Below, one piece after another: positions 1 through 10,925 of a stretch of DNA of 64,000 nucleotides (position 1 is the first letter of the stretch; the number at the start of each line of letters is the position of its first letter). This DNA is from an uncultured Candidatus Rokubacteria bacterium. GTDB lineage: Bacteria > Methylomirabilota > Methylomirabilia > Rokubacteriales > CSP1-6. The notes below the pieces were generated by a model that was not told the DNA's origin, made no database searches, and saw only the letters and a list, made by a program, of their open reading frames with translations. The stretch spans positions 96,001 to 160,000 of the forward strand of contig CAVVEU010000004.1 of the NCBI GenBank assembly GCA_963747235.1, in the 5' to 3' direction. A program made the position numbers and the translations under genes.

Positions 1-219
1 CACGCTCCGGTAGGGGCCGTTCTGGGTGCCCACGTACACCACGTCCGGATTGGTCGGGTGCACCGTGATCGCCTGCACGTGCACGTCGTCCGGGAGGCCC
101 TTGTTGCAGAGCTCCCAGCGCGACTCGCCATCCCCGCGGCGGAACACCCCGCTCTTGCTTCCGCCGGTCCACTTCGCCGCTCCAACGTAGACGTGAGAGG
201 GACCCGTTGCCGTCGTCAT
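1..219 (-). CDS. N-terminus of a BNR/Asp-box beta-propeller (WD40/YVTN/sialidase-like) protein; runs off the window edge
   Basis: Not in the ORF track. ATG at 219 with GGGGAG RBS; reads MTTATGPSHVYVGAAKW...WELCNKGLPDDVHVQAITVHPTNPDVVYVGTQNGPYRS, a typical propeller-blade motif. Confidence 0.75.
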   Translation of the reverse strand, partial: MTTATGPSHVYVGAAKWTGGSKSGVFRRGDGESRWELCNKGLPDDVHVQAITVHPTNPDVVYVGTQNGPYRSV

Positions 220-304
220 GGACGCTCCCCTTTCGGTGCCGCGCTACCCTTGTGCGGCGTGGTGGGCCAAAGCATAAGCAGCCCCGGCGGTCTACGCAAG
301 CGCC

Positions 305-778
305 CTAAGCGCACCACTCGCGGGGCCCGTCGTCGGTGAAGCCGCACTGCTCGCACGGGTGGAAGAAGTGCCAGGCGGGCGGCATCGCCACCGCCAGGCG
401 CAGCGACAGCTCGGTGCCCACGTTCTTGATGTGGTGCACGGCGCCGCGCGGCACCCACACGATGTCGTCCTTGGCCGCGTCCACCACCACCCCGCCGGTC
501 AGCTCCCACTGAAGGCGCCCCGCCAGCACCACCCACCACTCGTCGAACTCGCGATGCCAGTGCGGCCGGTTGCCGCCGCCGGGCGGGGAGGCGATGAGGG
601 TCACCAGGTTGCGCTCGTCGCTGATGATGCGGCGCGACCACGGGCCCGGGCCCATCTGCGCGACGACCTCCGCGACCCGCGTGCGCAGCGGAGTCGAGCC
701 GGCGCCGCCCGCGGGGGCGGTGGGGCCCGCGGCCAGGCGATCGATGATGATGCTGATCGGGGACGAGACGGTGGACAT
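305..778 (-). CDS. Cupin domain protein
   Basis: ATG 778 after GGAGG; PHWHREFDEWW and VPRGAVHHIKNVG cupin motifs; C-terminal CxxC. Confidence 0.85.
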   Translation of the reverse strand: MSTVSSPISIIIDRLAAGPTAPAGGAGSTPLRTRVAEVVAQMGPGPWSRRIISDERNLVTLIASPPGGGNRPHWHREFDEWWVVLAGRLQWELTGGVVVDAAKDDIVWVPRGAVHHIKNVGTELSLRLAVAMPPAWHFFHPCEQCGFTDDGPREWCA

Positions 779-885
779 GGTGGCGCCTCCCGGCAGAGAG
801 CATACCCGCGGGGCCCGGGGGCGCAAGCGGTTGCGGGCGCCCGACCGGCTCGCTTATGATCGGGACCCCGGAAGGAGGGCACGCC

Positions 886-1824
886 ATGTCACTGACGACG
901 AGGACGCTCCACCCCCTGTTCGGCGCCGAGATCGTGGGCGTCGACGTCAAGAGCGTGGACGAGGCGACGTTCCAGGCCATCGTCGCCGCGTTCAACGAGC
1001 ACTCGGTGCTGCTCTTCCGCGGGCAGTCCCTCACCGACGAGGAGCAGGTCGCGTTCAGCCGGCGCTTCGGGCCCCTCGAGGTGACCATCCGGAGCATCAA
1101 TACCCTGGAGAACACCCCGCCCCACATCTCGAACCTCTCCAACGTGGACGCGGCCGGCCGGCTGATCCCGGCGGGGGACAAGCGCAACCTCTTCAACGCG
1201 GGCAACCAGATGTGGCACACCGACAGCTCGTTCAAGAAGGTGCCCGCGATGGCCTCGCTCCTGTCCGGGCGCGAGATCCCCCCCGAGGGCGGCGAGACGC
1301 AGTTCGCGAGCATGCGGGTGGCGTACGAGCGCCTGCCGGTGGACATGCAGCGCTTCCTCGAGGACAAGGTGGCCGTCCACAGCTTCGTGTACTCGCGCGG
1401 GCTCGTGGATGACGGCTTGATGCCGCCCGAGCACGCGGCCCAGGTGCCCCCGGTGCGCCAGGCCCTGGTGCGCGCGAACCCGGCCAACGGGCGCAAGGCG
1501 TTCTACGTGGGCTCGCACGCGTGCGAGATCGTGGGCATGCCCACCGCGGAGGCGCGCGCGCTCCTGCGCGAGCTGCGGGAGGCCGCCACGCGGCCGGAGC
1601 TGGTCTACACGCACGAGTGGCGCGTCGGCGATCTCGTCATGTGGGACAACCGCTGCATGCTCCACCGCGGCCGGCCGTGGGACGAGTCGCGCTACCGCCG
1701 CGTCATGCACCGCACCACGGTGGCCGGCGAGGGGCCGACCGCGCCCGACGAGGGGCCGGCCCAGGTCAGCCCGGCCCGCGAGGTGGACGTGACGTGGGGC
1801 CGCTCGCAGCTCGAGATGGTCTGA
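886..1824 (+). CDS. TauD/TfdA family Fe(II)/2-oxoglutarate dioxygenase
   Basis: LHPLFGAEI start, WHTD (HxD) and WDNRCMLH motifs; GGAGG RBS. Confidence 0.92.
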   Translation: MSLTTRTLHPLFGAEIVGVDVKSVDEATFQAIVAAFNEHSVLLFRGQSLTDEEQVAFSRRFGPLEVTIRSINTLENTPPHISNLSNVDAAGRLIPAGDKRNLFNAGNQMWHTDSSFKKVPAMASLLSGREIPPEGGETQFASMRVAYERLPVDMQRFLEDKVAVHSFVYSRGLVDDGLMPPEHAAQVPPVRQALVRANPANGRKAFYVGSHACEIVGMPTAEARALLRELREAATRPELVYTHEWRVGDLVMWDNRCMLHRGRPWDESRYRRVMHRTTVAGEGPTAPDEGPAQVSPAREVDVTWGRSQLEMV

Positions 1825-1827
1825 GCC

Positions 1828-2458
1828 CTGGACGACGTCGTCGTCATCGGCCATCCGCTCGTGCAGCACAAGCTCGGCCTCATGCGGAAGCGCGAGACGA
1901 GCACGTCCGAGTTCCGCAGCCTGCTCGCCGAGATCAGCATGCTGCTGGCCTACGAGGTGACCCGCGAGCTGCCCACCCACGAGGTCGCGGCGGAGACCCC
2001 GGTGGGCCCCACCACGATCCGGCTGCTCGACGGCAAGAAGATCGTGCTCATCTCGATCCTGCGCGCGGGCAACGGGCTCCTCGACGGCATGCTCCGCATC
2101 CTGCCGAGCGCGCGCGTCGGCCACGTGGGCCTCTACCGCGATCCGAAGACGCTCCAGGCGGTGGAGTACTACTTCAAGGTGCCGACCGGGATGGCGGATG
2201 CGGGACGCGGTCGTGCTCGACCCCATGCTCGCCACCGGCAACTCGGCGGTCGCGGCGGTGCACCGGGTGAAGGCGACCGGCCCGCGCTCGATCCGGTTCG
2301 TCTGCCTGCTGACCTGCCCGGAAGGGCTCGAGCACTTCCACCGCGAGCATCCCGACGTGCCGGTCTACACCGCGGCCATCGACAGCCACCTGAACGACCA
2401 TGGCTACATCGTCCCCGGCCTGGGCGACGCGGGCGACCGGCTCTTCGGCACCAAGTGA
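1828..2458 (+). CDS. upp: Uracil phosphoribosyltransferase (frameshift near 2195; start codon uncertain)
   Basis: [19 protein letters not shown] in one frame; DPMLATGNS and [17 protein letters not shown] in the next. Confidence 0.92.
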
Positions 2459-3207
2459 GACTCGCGGGCAAGGTCGCCCTGATCAGCGGGGGCGCGCGCG
2501 GCATGGGCGCGTCGGAGGCGATCCTGTTCGCGCGGGAAGGCGCCCGCGTGGTCCTGGGCGACATCCTCGACGCGGAGGGCAAGGCGGTCGAGGCCGAGAT
2601 CGCGGGCAAGGGCGGGGAGGCGGTCTACGTGCGCCTCGACGTGACGAGCGAGCCGGACTGGGAGCGCGCGGTGGCCACCGCGGTCTCGCGCTTCGGGCGG
2701 CTCGACGTGCTCGTGAACAACGCGGGGGTGGGCGGCGGCAGCCTGCTCGAGCACACCACCGCGGAGGCGTGGGACCACGGCATGGACGTCAACGCCAAGG
2801 GCGTGTTCCTCGGCACCAAGGCCGCGATCCCCGCGATGCGCCGGAGCGGCGGCGGCTCGATCGTCAACATCTCCTCGCAGCTCGGGATGGTGGGGCTCGA
2901 GCGCAGCAGCCCGCAGTACCAGGCCAGCAAGGGCGCGGTGCGCACGCTGACCAAGCTGACCGCGGTGCAGTACGCGCGCGAGCGCATCCGCGCCAACTCG
3001 GTGCACCCCGGGCCGATCGTGACCCCGATGACCGAGGCGCGCCGCGGCGACCCCGGCCACTACGAGTACATGGTCTCGCGCATCCCGCTCGGCCGCTACG
3101 GCGAGCCGGACGAGGTCGCCTACGGGGTGCTGTACCTCGCCTCGGACGAGTCGTCGTTCGTCACCGGGAGCGAGCTGGTGATCGACGGAGGCTGGACGGC
3201 CCAGTAG
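2455..3207 (+). CDS. Short-chain dehydrogenase/reductase (SDR)
   Basis: GTG overlaps the upp stop (GTGA); [24 protein letters not shown]. Confidence 0.92.
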   Translation: MRLAGKVALISGGARGMGASEAILFAREGARVVLGDILDAEGKAVEAEIAGKGGEAVYVRLDVTSEPDWERAVATAVSRFGRLDVLVNNAGVGGGSLLEHTTAEAWDHGMDVNAKGVFLGTKAAIPAMRRSGGGSIVNISSQLGMVGLERSSPQYQASKGAVRTLTKLTAVQYARERIRANSVHPGPIVTPMTEARRGDPGHYEYMVSRIPLGRYGEPDEVAYGVLYLASDESSFVTGSELVIDGGWTAQ

Positions 3208-3262
3208 CATCGGATCAACCGCAGCGCCCGAAGCTCCCACGCAGTCGAAAAGGAGTGGAGTC

Positions 3263-3880
3263 ATGATCTACGAGATCCGCACGTACCGCGTGAAGGTGGG
3301 CAGCCTCCCCGAGGTGGAGAAGCGCTTCGGCGAGGGTTACGAGCACCGCAAGAAGATCTCCCCGCTCGCCGCGTTCTGGCACACCGAGATCGGGCCGCTG
3401 AACGAGATCATCCACGTCTGGCCCTACGAGAACATCGGCGAGCGCAACCGCCTGCGGGCGGACGCGGTGAAGGCGGGCAACTGGCCCCCCAAGATCGCCG
3501 AGTTCATCGAGACCATGCAGTCGGAGATCGTGGTGCCGTTCGCGTTCCTGCCCGATCTGAAGCCGGGCAAGATGGGTCCGTTCTTCGAGATGCGCTACTA
3601 CGCGATGAAGGCGGGCACGCTCCCGGACCTGATCAAGCGCTGGGAGTCGAAGATCGAGGAGCGCGTCAAGATGTCCCCGATCGCGCTCGCCGGCCACGTC
3701 GAGCACGGCGAGGCCAACCGCTTCATCCACATCTGGGCCTACAAGAGCCTCGACGAGCGGACCGCGGTGCGGAACAAGGCGCGGGAGATGGGCGTGTGGC
3801 CGCCCCCGGGCGGCAGCGACACGCTGCTCACGATGGCCAACAAGATCATGCTCCCGTCGGCCTTCTCGCCCGTCCAGTAA
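3263..3880 (+). CDS. NIPSNAP family protein (two domains)
   Basis: IYEIRTY and FFEMRYY repeats, IIHVWPY/FIHIWAY, PSAFSP end; AAGGAG RBS. Confidence 0.9.
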   Translation: MIYEIRTYRVKVGSLPEVEKRFGEGYEHRKKISPLAAFWHTEIGPLNEIIHVWPYENIGERNRLRADAVKAGNWPPKIAEFIETMQSEIVVPFAFLPDLKPGKMGPFFEMRYYAMKAGTLPDLIKRWESKIEERVKMSPIALAGHVEHGEANRFIHIWAYKSLDERTAVRNKAREMGVWPPPGGSDTLLTMANKIMLPSAFSPVQ

Positions 3881-3887
3881 CCGGCGT

Positions 3888-4659
3888 CTAGGCGGGCGGC
3901 AAGCCGTCGAGGAAGTCGAGCAGCACGCGGTTGAAGGCCTCCGGCTGGTCGAGGTTCGAGGAGTGTCCGGCGCCCCGGATCACCTCGAGCCTCGCCCCGG
4001 GGATCTTCTTCGCCATGTACTCGCAGGGGGCGAGGAACGGCTGGTCCTGATCGCCCACGATGATGAGGGTGGGCACCCGGATGCCCGCGAGCCCGTCCAT
4101 CACCCGCGAGCCCTCCTGCGCGAGCATGCCCCGCGCGGCGTGGGCGAGGCCCTGGGCCGAGCGGTGGAGGCTCGCCGATTCCCGGACCTCGCGGCTCTGG
4201 CCGAGGGCCTCGAGGCCGCGCGTCTCGAGCGACCACCGCGCGCTCGCGGGCGCGCGCGTTCCACGCCTCGCGCGCGTCCGCGCTGCGGTAGCCGGGGCCG
4301 GAGTCGCAGATCACGAGCGCGCGCGTCATCTGGGGATGCTCGAGCGCGAAGCCGAGCGAGACGTACCCGCCGAGAGACAGCCCGCCGATCACCGCCCGCT
4401 CCACCCCCAGGTGGCCGAGCAGGGCCTTCATGTCCGCGATGGTGAGCGGGGACGAATACCGCGCCGGGTCCGCCGGGCTCTCGGTCGCGCCGTGCCCGCG
4501 CATGCTCCAGCTGATGACGCGATAGCGGTCGCCGAGCGCGCGGTGCTGGTCGTCCCACATGCGGCGGGTGGCGGAATAGCCGTGGCTCAGGAGCACCGCG
4601 GGGCCGGCGCCGGTCGCCTCGTAGTCGATCTCGATGCCGTTCAGATTCGCTCGCGCCAT
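3888..4659 (-). CDS. Alpha/beta fold hydrolase (frameshifts near 4200-4240)
   Basis: LLSHGY, GLSLGG nucleophile elbow, VGDQD and AGHSSN across frames. Confidence 0.88.
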
Positions 4660-4756
4660 CGGGAGCCGCTCCTTTCGCGCCGGATTGCGCCCGAGTATGC
4701 CAGAATCCCCGCATGCAAACCATCCGGCGCCGGCGCCGCGCCGTGAGGAGCCGGCC

Positions 4757-6255
4757 ATGAGACTGCTGAGCCCCGACGAGCTGCATGCAGCTCCTGCCCG
4801 CCGAGACCCACGCCTTCCGCGGGCCCGTGCCCACCCAGATCGTGTCCAGCGAGGAGTATTTCCCGACGCCGCAGACCGCGGCGCAGCGGGAGGTCGAGGC
4901 GCGGCTCCGGGCGCTGGGCGACGAGCTGGGCGCGCGCCAGGGCGTGAGCCGCCGCGCCTTCTTCCGCACCGCGGCGGGCATGGCGGCGGCCTACGTGGCC
5001 ATGAACGAGGTGTACGGGCCGCTCTTCGCGGCCACGCGCGCCGAGGCCGCCGACAAGGATATGGCCGCGGACCGCGCGAAGGCCCTCGCGGGGCAGTTCA
5101 TCATGGACACCCACACGCATTTCTTGAAGGACGACACGCGTCTCACCGGCTTCGTGCGGATGCGGGAATCGGTGGGCCGGGCGGGCTGGAACCCGGGGCT
5201 GGCGGGCCGGCCGCAGACCATCGAAGATCTGAAATTCGACAACTACTTCAAGGAGATCTTCCTCGACAGCGACACCAAGGTCGCGCTCATCAGCAGCGCG
5301 CCCTCCGACGTGCCGTCCGACTGGTTCCTCACCAATGAGATGATGGCGCAGGCCCGCGCCACCGTGAACGCGCGCCTCGGCGGGCGCCGGCTGCTCACCC
5401 ACGCCATCTTCACGCCGGGGCAGCCCGGCTGGATGGAGGCGCTCGAGCGCGCCCTCGTGGATCTCAAGCCCGATTCGATGAAGGGCTACACGATCGGCGA
5501 CAACACCAACAAGGACCAGAGCCGGCACCCGTGGCGGCTCGACGACGAGAAGCTCCTCTACCCGGCCTACGAGAAGATGGCGAAGGCGGGCGTCGTCAAC
5601 GTCTGCGTCCACAAGGGCCTCTTCGCGCCCGCGCTCGACCAGCGGTTCCCGACCCTGCGCGCCTACTGCGACGTGCGCGACGTGGGCAAGGCGGCCAAGG
5701 ACTGGCCGCAGCTCAACTTCATCATCTACCACGGGGCCTATCGCTTCGCGGGCGGCGGCGATCCCGCCGACGCGCTGGCCCAGTTCGAGCAGACCGGCCG
5801 CGTGGAGTGGGTGACCGACCTGGCCGAGATCCCCGGGAAGTACGGCGTGAGCAACGTCTACGCCGATCTCGGCCAGCTCTTCGCGCTGACGACGGTGGCC
5901 CAGCCGCGGCTCACCGCGGCGCTCATGGGCATGCTGGTGCGCGGCATGGGCGCCGATCACGTCATCTGGGGGACCGACGCGGTGTGGACCGGGCGCGCCG
6001 CAATGGCAGATCGAAGGGCTGCGCCGGCTCGAGATCCCGGAGGACATGCAGAAGAAGCACGGCTTCACGCCACTCGGCGCGGCCGACGGCCCGGTGAAGA
6101 CCGCGATCTTCGGGGAGAACGTCGCGCGCCTCTACCGCTACAACCGCCACGCGGAGCTGGCCGGGCCGAGCCGGCTCGCCGAGCTCCAGGCCGAGTACGA
6201 GCGCCGCGGGATGGGCCGCAGCAACCGCCGCTACGGCTACGTCGTGCGCGGCTGA
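4757..6255 (+). CDS. Amidohydrolase family protein (frameshifts near 4783 and 5993)
   Basis: DTHTH (HxH), CVHKG, IIYHG, WGTD; GAGGAG RBS before ATG 4757. Confidence 0.88.
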
Positions 6256-6279
6256 GCCGGCGGAGGGATCACGAGGCCT

Positions 6280-7025
6280 TCACGGGAAGGTCTCGCCCTT
6301 GCGCTGGTAGGTGATCTCGAGCTGCAGGGACTTGAGGATCGTCGAGCAGTGGATGTTTTCCTTCCCCGGCAGGCTCTCGGCGTAGGCGGACGGCGCGAAG
6401 AAGAACCCGAAGGCCGTTCCGGTGTCCACCCACTTCTGGATCACCTTCCGGAGATCCTCGGTCGCGATGCCCTTGGCGAGCGGCGGCTGATCGAGCTCGT
6501 CGGAGAGGAGATTGCCGGGCGTGCCGGACGACGTGCTCCAGGGGGCGGTCGCCTCGAAGAGTCGCCTGAAGCAGTCGGCGGGCTGGTTCGAGGAGTGGCT
6601 CCCGCCGTGCTGATGCGCCGACCACGGATCCCAGGCGAGCCTGGCCGTGACGACCTTCTCGATCGGCGGAACGATCGTGAGGTTGAAGTTGACGTAGGCC
6701 CGCGTCGCCGTGCTCGCCCACTTCCAGCACGGCACGGGCTCGGTCCCGGGGTCGTGGATCCGGTCCGAGCCGACCTCGGGCGGTTTCCCGGCGAGGTCCT
6801 CGAGCGTCCAGGCCGGCGGGCACGTGGTGTACAGATTGATTCCGCAGCTCCCGAGCAAAGCCTCCGCCCGAGCCCGAAGCTCCCTTGCAGGCCTGAGCCG
6901 TCACCATCCCGACCTGCGAGGTCGAGCTGGGCTGGAAGACGTGTTGGTAGGTGGTCTTCCCGCTACAGGCGAGTAGCAGGGCGAACAGGGCGCAGTAGAG
7001 GCCGACGCGGGCGAGAGAGGTTCAT
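6280..7025 (-). CDS. Cys-rich lipoprotein with a DNRLRE/CBM96-like C-terminal region (two frameshifts)
   Basis: ATG 7025 after GGGAGG; stitched signal ARVGLYCALFALLLAC (lipobox); TRAYVNFNL..VVTARL and DLRKVIQKWVDTGTAFGFFF. Confidence 0.55.
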
Positions 7026-7174
7026 GGCGTTCCTCCCGCGCGGAAGCCGAGCATTCGGTATGCCAGCGCGGAGCGCCTGCCAACATCGCGTCCGGTCACG
7101 ACATGCGCCTTGTGCGGTCCGGCGCAACTGTCGTCGCGAGAACGGCCGTCAGGGCACGGACGTCGAGGGGCCGC

Positions 7175-7564
7175 TCAGCGCGTGGCGGCGGGGCCCGCCC
7201 ACACCCAGACGTAGGGGTAGTCCACGCCGTTGCCGTGGCGCGCCCAGCGTCCGGTCGGCAGCGTGATCTCGGGCGCGGGCTCGACTCGCGGCGTCGGCAC
7301 GTAGACCAGGCTCGGCGGCGACGGGACGATCACGTAGACCGGGGGCGGCGGGATCACGACCACCGGCGGCGCCGGCGGGAGATACCCCCCGCCCAGACAG
7401 CAGCCGATGAACGGATGCGGCCGGGCAATCGGCCGGGACGGGCGGTGATGCGGGCGGGACATCGAGCCTGGGCCGCCGCCCGTCCGGTCGTCGGCCCAGG
7501 CGCCCGCGGGACCCAGCGTGAGCAGGCCGAGGGCGACCAGCGCGAGGCTGATGAGACGGCGCAT
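7175..7564 (-). CDS. Secreted proline-rich hypothetical protein
   Basis: GGAGGAGG RBS; signal peptide MRRLISLALVALGLL..AWA; Pro/Val/Tyr-rich body. Confidence 0.7.
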   Translation of the reverse strand: MRRLISLALVALGLLTLGPAGAWADDRTGGGPGSMSRPHHRPSRPIARPHPFIGCCLGGGYLPPAPPVVVIPPPPVYVIVPSPPSLVYVPTPRVEPAPEITLPTGRWARHGNGVDYPYVWVWAGPAATR

Positions 7565-7825
7565 GACCGAAGTCTACTCCTCCTCCCGCTTGACAACGAG
7601 CGCGCGCGGCGGTCTTCTGGAAATCGACGGAGGGTGAGGCGCCGCCGACCGTCGTGCGGTGAACCCCCAAGGAGGTCAGGATATGGAGAACACGCCACCC
7701 GGCTCGTACGGCGCGTCGTCGGGCGTGGGACCTGCCTGATGACGCGCGAGCTCAGCTAGAGCACCCCAGATCCCGGCCCTTGGTCGGGACATGCCGCAGG
7801 CATGAGCCTGCGCGCGAGAAAGCAA

Positions 7826-7870
7826 GGCCCGGCAGGCGGCTGACCGGTTCCGCCGCCGGGCCGTTTCTCT
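7826..7870 (+). terminator. Intrinsic terminator-like hairpin
   Basis: GGCCCGGC(A)GGCGG pairs with CCGCCGCCGGGCC, followed by GTTTCTCT. Confidence 0.55.
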
Positions 7871-7898
7871 CACGAGCGTACTTGGAGGAAGACGCGGC

Positions 7899-8644
7899 AT
7901 GGCGCAGTGGGACCAGATGGCCGTCGACGGGTCCCCGATGCGTCTCTACGTCGGCATGCCGAGCCTCGGCCGGGCCTTCCCCGCGGTGATCGTCATCCAC
8001 CACGGCCCCGGCGTGGACAAGTTCGTCGAGGACCGGGTGGAGAACCTGGCCCAGCAGGGCTACCTGGCCATCGCCCCCGACCTCTACCATCGCCAGACGA
8101 GCGCCCGGTATGTCGCGACGACGGCGACATGATGACCCGCATCGGCCGGCTCCGGGATCCGGAGGTGATCGCCGACGTCAACGCCGCGGTCAACTACGCG
8201 CGACGGCTGAAGGACACGCAGCTCGGCGACGTCGGGATCATCGGCTTCTGCATGGGCGGGCGCGTGGCCTACCTGATGGCGGCCTCCAAGCCGGTGTTCA
8301 AGGCGGCGGCGGTCTTCTACGGCGGCAACATCATGAAGGCGTGGGGGAACGGGCCGACCCCGTTCGACCTGACGCCCTACATCCACTGTCCGATCGCGGG
8401 GTTCTTCGGCGCGGAGGATGCCAATCCCTCGCCGGCGGACGTGGACCGGATCTCCGCCCAGCTCGACAAGTACCGCAAGGCTCATGAGTTCCACCGCTAC
8501 CCGGACGCGGGGCACGCGTTTGCCAACTTCACGAATCCGGCCGCCTACCGGGAAGGCCCCGCGCGCGACGCGTGGGACAAGCTCATCCCGTTCCTGCAGC
8601 GCAGCCTGCAGACGAGCCGCCAGCCGCGCCAGCGACTGACCTGA
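7899..8644 (+). CDS. Dienelactone hydrolase family protein (frameshift near 8100)
   Basis: AIAPDLY, GFCMGG, GAED, AGHAF catalytic motifs. Confidence 0.9.
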
Positions 8645-8650
8645 GCCCGG

Positions 8651-8845
8651 TCAGGCCGCGGTGGGCGAGAGCCTCGGCGCGGGGGCGTCGCCCCGTCGCG
8701 CGGGGGGCGGCGTGACCGGGTAGCCCTGGAGCACGTCGTAGAAGACCTGGCACCAGGGGCAATCCACGCCGCCGTCCATGGCCGCGCAGGTACAGCGGCC
8801 TTCGAACTGGGTCGCGATCTTCGCTGCGTTCTCGCGAACGTTCAT
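8651..8845 (-). CDS. Small Cys-rich hypothetical protein (64 aa)
   Basis: GGAGG RBS before ATG 8845; CTC...CPWC. Confidence 0.6.
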   Translation of the reverse strand: MNVRENAAKIATQFEGRCTCAAMDGGVDCPWCQVFYDVLQGYPVTPPPARRGDAPAPRLSPTAA

Positions 8846-9016
8846 GATCGGCCTCCGTGATCTGGACGGTAGCCCCGACCTGCGACGGCTTGATGGCAGC
8901 CGGATGAAGAGCTCATCACTCTCATGAATAGCAATCGAGATGCCACGCGGGAGGTTCCGCGAAGGTGGCGACAACACAGCCCGGGCGGGCCGGTCCGGTC
9001 GGAAATCCGGGTGTTC

Positions 9017-10146
9017 TTACCGAGTCGAGACGGGGCGAAACGCCGCGTGCTCCGCGGTCCAGCGCTTCGAGCAGCTCCGGGTCGGGCGCCTGGGCGATGC
9101 CCGGCACCCGCGAGGTGGCGACCTCGCCGCGGCCGCTCAGCACGATCTCGGGCTTGCCGAGGTCGTTCGTGTAGAAGTACGAGGACGGGAAGATGTCGCC
9201 CGCGTAGGTGAAGTTGGGCAGGGTGGCCAGCTCGGCGCAGATGGCCCCGCCGATCGCGCTCTCCAGCATGCCGCCCACCCAGCAGGGGATGTCGTGCTGG
9301 GCGCACAGGGCGGCGATCTCGCGCGACTCGGTGAGCCCGCCCACCCGCGCCATCTTGATGTTCACGACCCGGCAGCTCTTCAGCCGGATGGCCGCCTGCA
9401 CGTGGGCCAGGCTCTGGGCGCTCTCGTCCAGGCAGACCGGCGTCCCGATCCGCTGCTGCAGATCCGCGTGGTTGACCAGGCTCATGCCGTCGTCGGCCAG
9501 CGGCTGCTCGATCATGGCGAGCCGGAACCGGTCGAGCTTGCGGAAGAGCTCGGTGTCGGCGGGGGTGTAGGCCGCGTTGCAGTCGATGTGAAAGGTGAAG
9601 TCGGGGAACGTCGACCGGACGGCCTCGACCATGAAGAGATCCCAGCCGGGCCGGAACTTGAGCTTGACCCGCGGGAAGCCCGGCGTCGATGGCCCCCTGG
9701 ATCTTCTTCATCAGGTCGTCGAGCGAGTCCTGGATCCCGAAGTCGGCGCCCACCGCCACGCGGTCCGCGGTCCCCCCGAGCGCGCGATGCAGCGGCAGGC
9801 CGCGCCGCTTGGCGTCCAGCACCCACCAGGCGATGTCCAGCGCGGCCCGCGCGAACTGGTTGCCCTTGATGAAGGCCAGCCGGTCGAGCAGGTCCCGGGC
9901 GGTCTCGATGTCCTGGCCGATGATGCGCGGGACCATGTGCTCGCGCAGGGTGTGGAAGACGGCGAGGGTGTGCTCGGCGGAGTAGCCCGGGATGAACGGC
10001 GGGCAGCTCTCGCCCCAGGCCTCGTGGCCGCCGCCCTCCATGCGCACCAGGATGGTGTCGGTGAAGGACTGGTCGGCGTAGGACGTCTTCCACACGAAGG
10101 CCAGCGGGAGCTTCATCCAGTAGACGTCGATCGCGTCGATCTTCAT
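9017..10146 (-). CDS. menC: o-succinylbenzoate synthase / N-acylamino acid racemase (enolase superfamily; frameshifts near 9680 and 9070)
   Basis: AWGES, KLK, DCN, IEQP, CLDES, NIKMARVGGL, WVGGMLES, GDI motifs. Confidence 0.82.
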
Positions 10147-10156
10147 GCCGCCCTCC

Positions 10157-10924
10157 TCAGCGCGCCCGGGCCACGATGAAGAGGCGCCGAAATGGAAACA
10201 GCGTGCGCCCGTCCGCCCGCGGAGGGTAGGCGCGGGCCACCAGCTGAGCGTAATGCGCCTCGAAGCGGCTTCGCTCCGGCTCCTCGAGCGCGTCGAGCAG
10301 CGGCTTGAGCCACGTGCCCTTGGTCCACTCCTTGACCGGATCGGCGCCCTCGAGGATCTGGAGGTACTCCGTCTCCCAGATGTCGAGGTTCGCGGCGCGG
10401 GGCGCGAGGGCGTCATAGTAGAAGTCGGGATCGGCCACCGGCGCCGGCCGGAGCAGGGGCTCGAGCGTCGCGCGCCACGCCCCGCCGCGCGCGGCCTCCG
10501 AGATCAGCGTGTGCGACGGCGCCCCGAAGTTGCGCGGCATCTGGACGGCCAGCACCCCCGCGGGCGCCAGGGCCGCGAGCAGCGCGGGGAACAGCCGCTC
10601 GTGGCCGGTGAGCCAGTGGAGCGCGGCGTTCGAGTAGATGAGATCGGCCGGCCGCGCCGGCGCCCAGGTGGCCAGGTCCGCCTGCTGCCAGGTGATCGCG
10701 GGAGCGGTGGCGGCGGCCTTGGCCAGCATGGCCGGCGAGTCGTCCACGCCGGTGACGCGCGCGTCGGGCCAGCGCTCCTTGATGAGACGCGTGACATTGC
10801 CCGCGCCGGCGCCCAGGTCGTAGACCTCGTCCGGGCGCTCCAGGGCGACGCGGTTCAGCAGGTCGATCGCCGGCCGCAGCCGGTGGTCGGCGAACTTCAG
10901 GTACTGCGCCGGATCCCAGGCCAT
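10157..10924 (-). CDS. tam: Trans-aconitate 2-methyltransferase
   Basis: MAWDPAQYLKFADHRLRPAIDLL, DLGAGAG, SNAALHW, FPFRRLFIVA. Confidence 0.9.
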   Translation of the reverse strand: MAWDPAQYLKFADHRLRPAIDLLNRVALERPDEVYDLGAGAGNVTRLIKERWPDARVTGVDDSPAMLAKAAATAPAITWQQADLATWAPARPADLIYSNAALHWLTGHERLFPALLAALAPAGVLAVQMPRNFGAPSHTLISEAARGGAWRATLEPLLRPAPVADPDFYYDALAPRAANLDIWETEYLQILEGADPVKEWTKGTWLKPLLDALEEPERSRFEAHYAQLVARAYPPRADGRTLFPFRRLFIVARAR

Positions 10925-10925
10925 G

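Noticed and set aside
1861-3207. Apparent Upp-SDR fusion
   Set aside because: The Upp C-terminus is intact in another frame (2198-2458) and the SDR has its own GTGA-coupled start.
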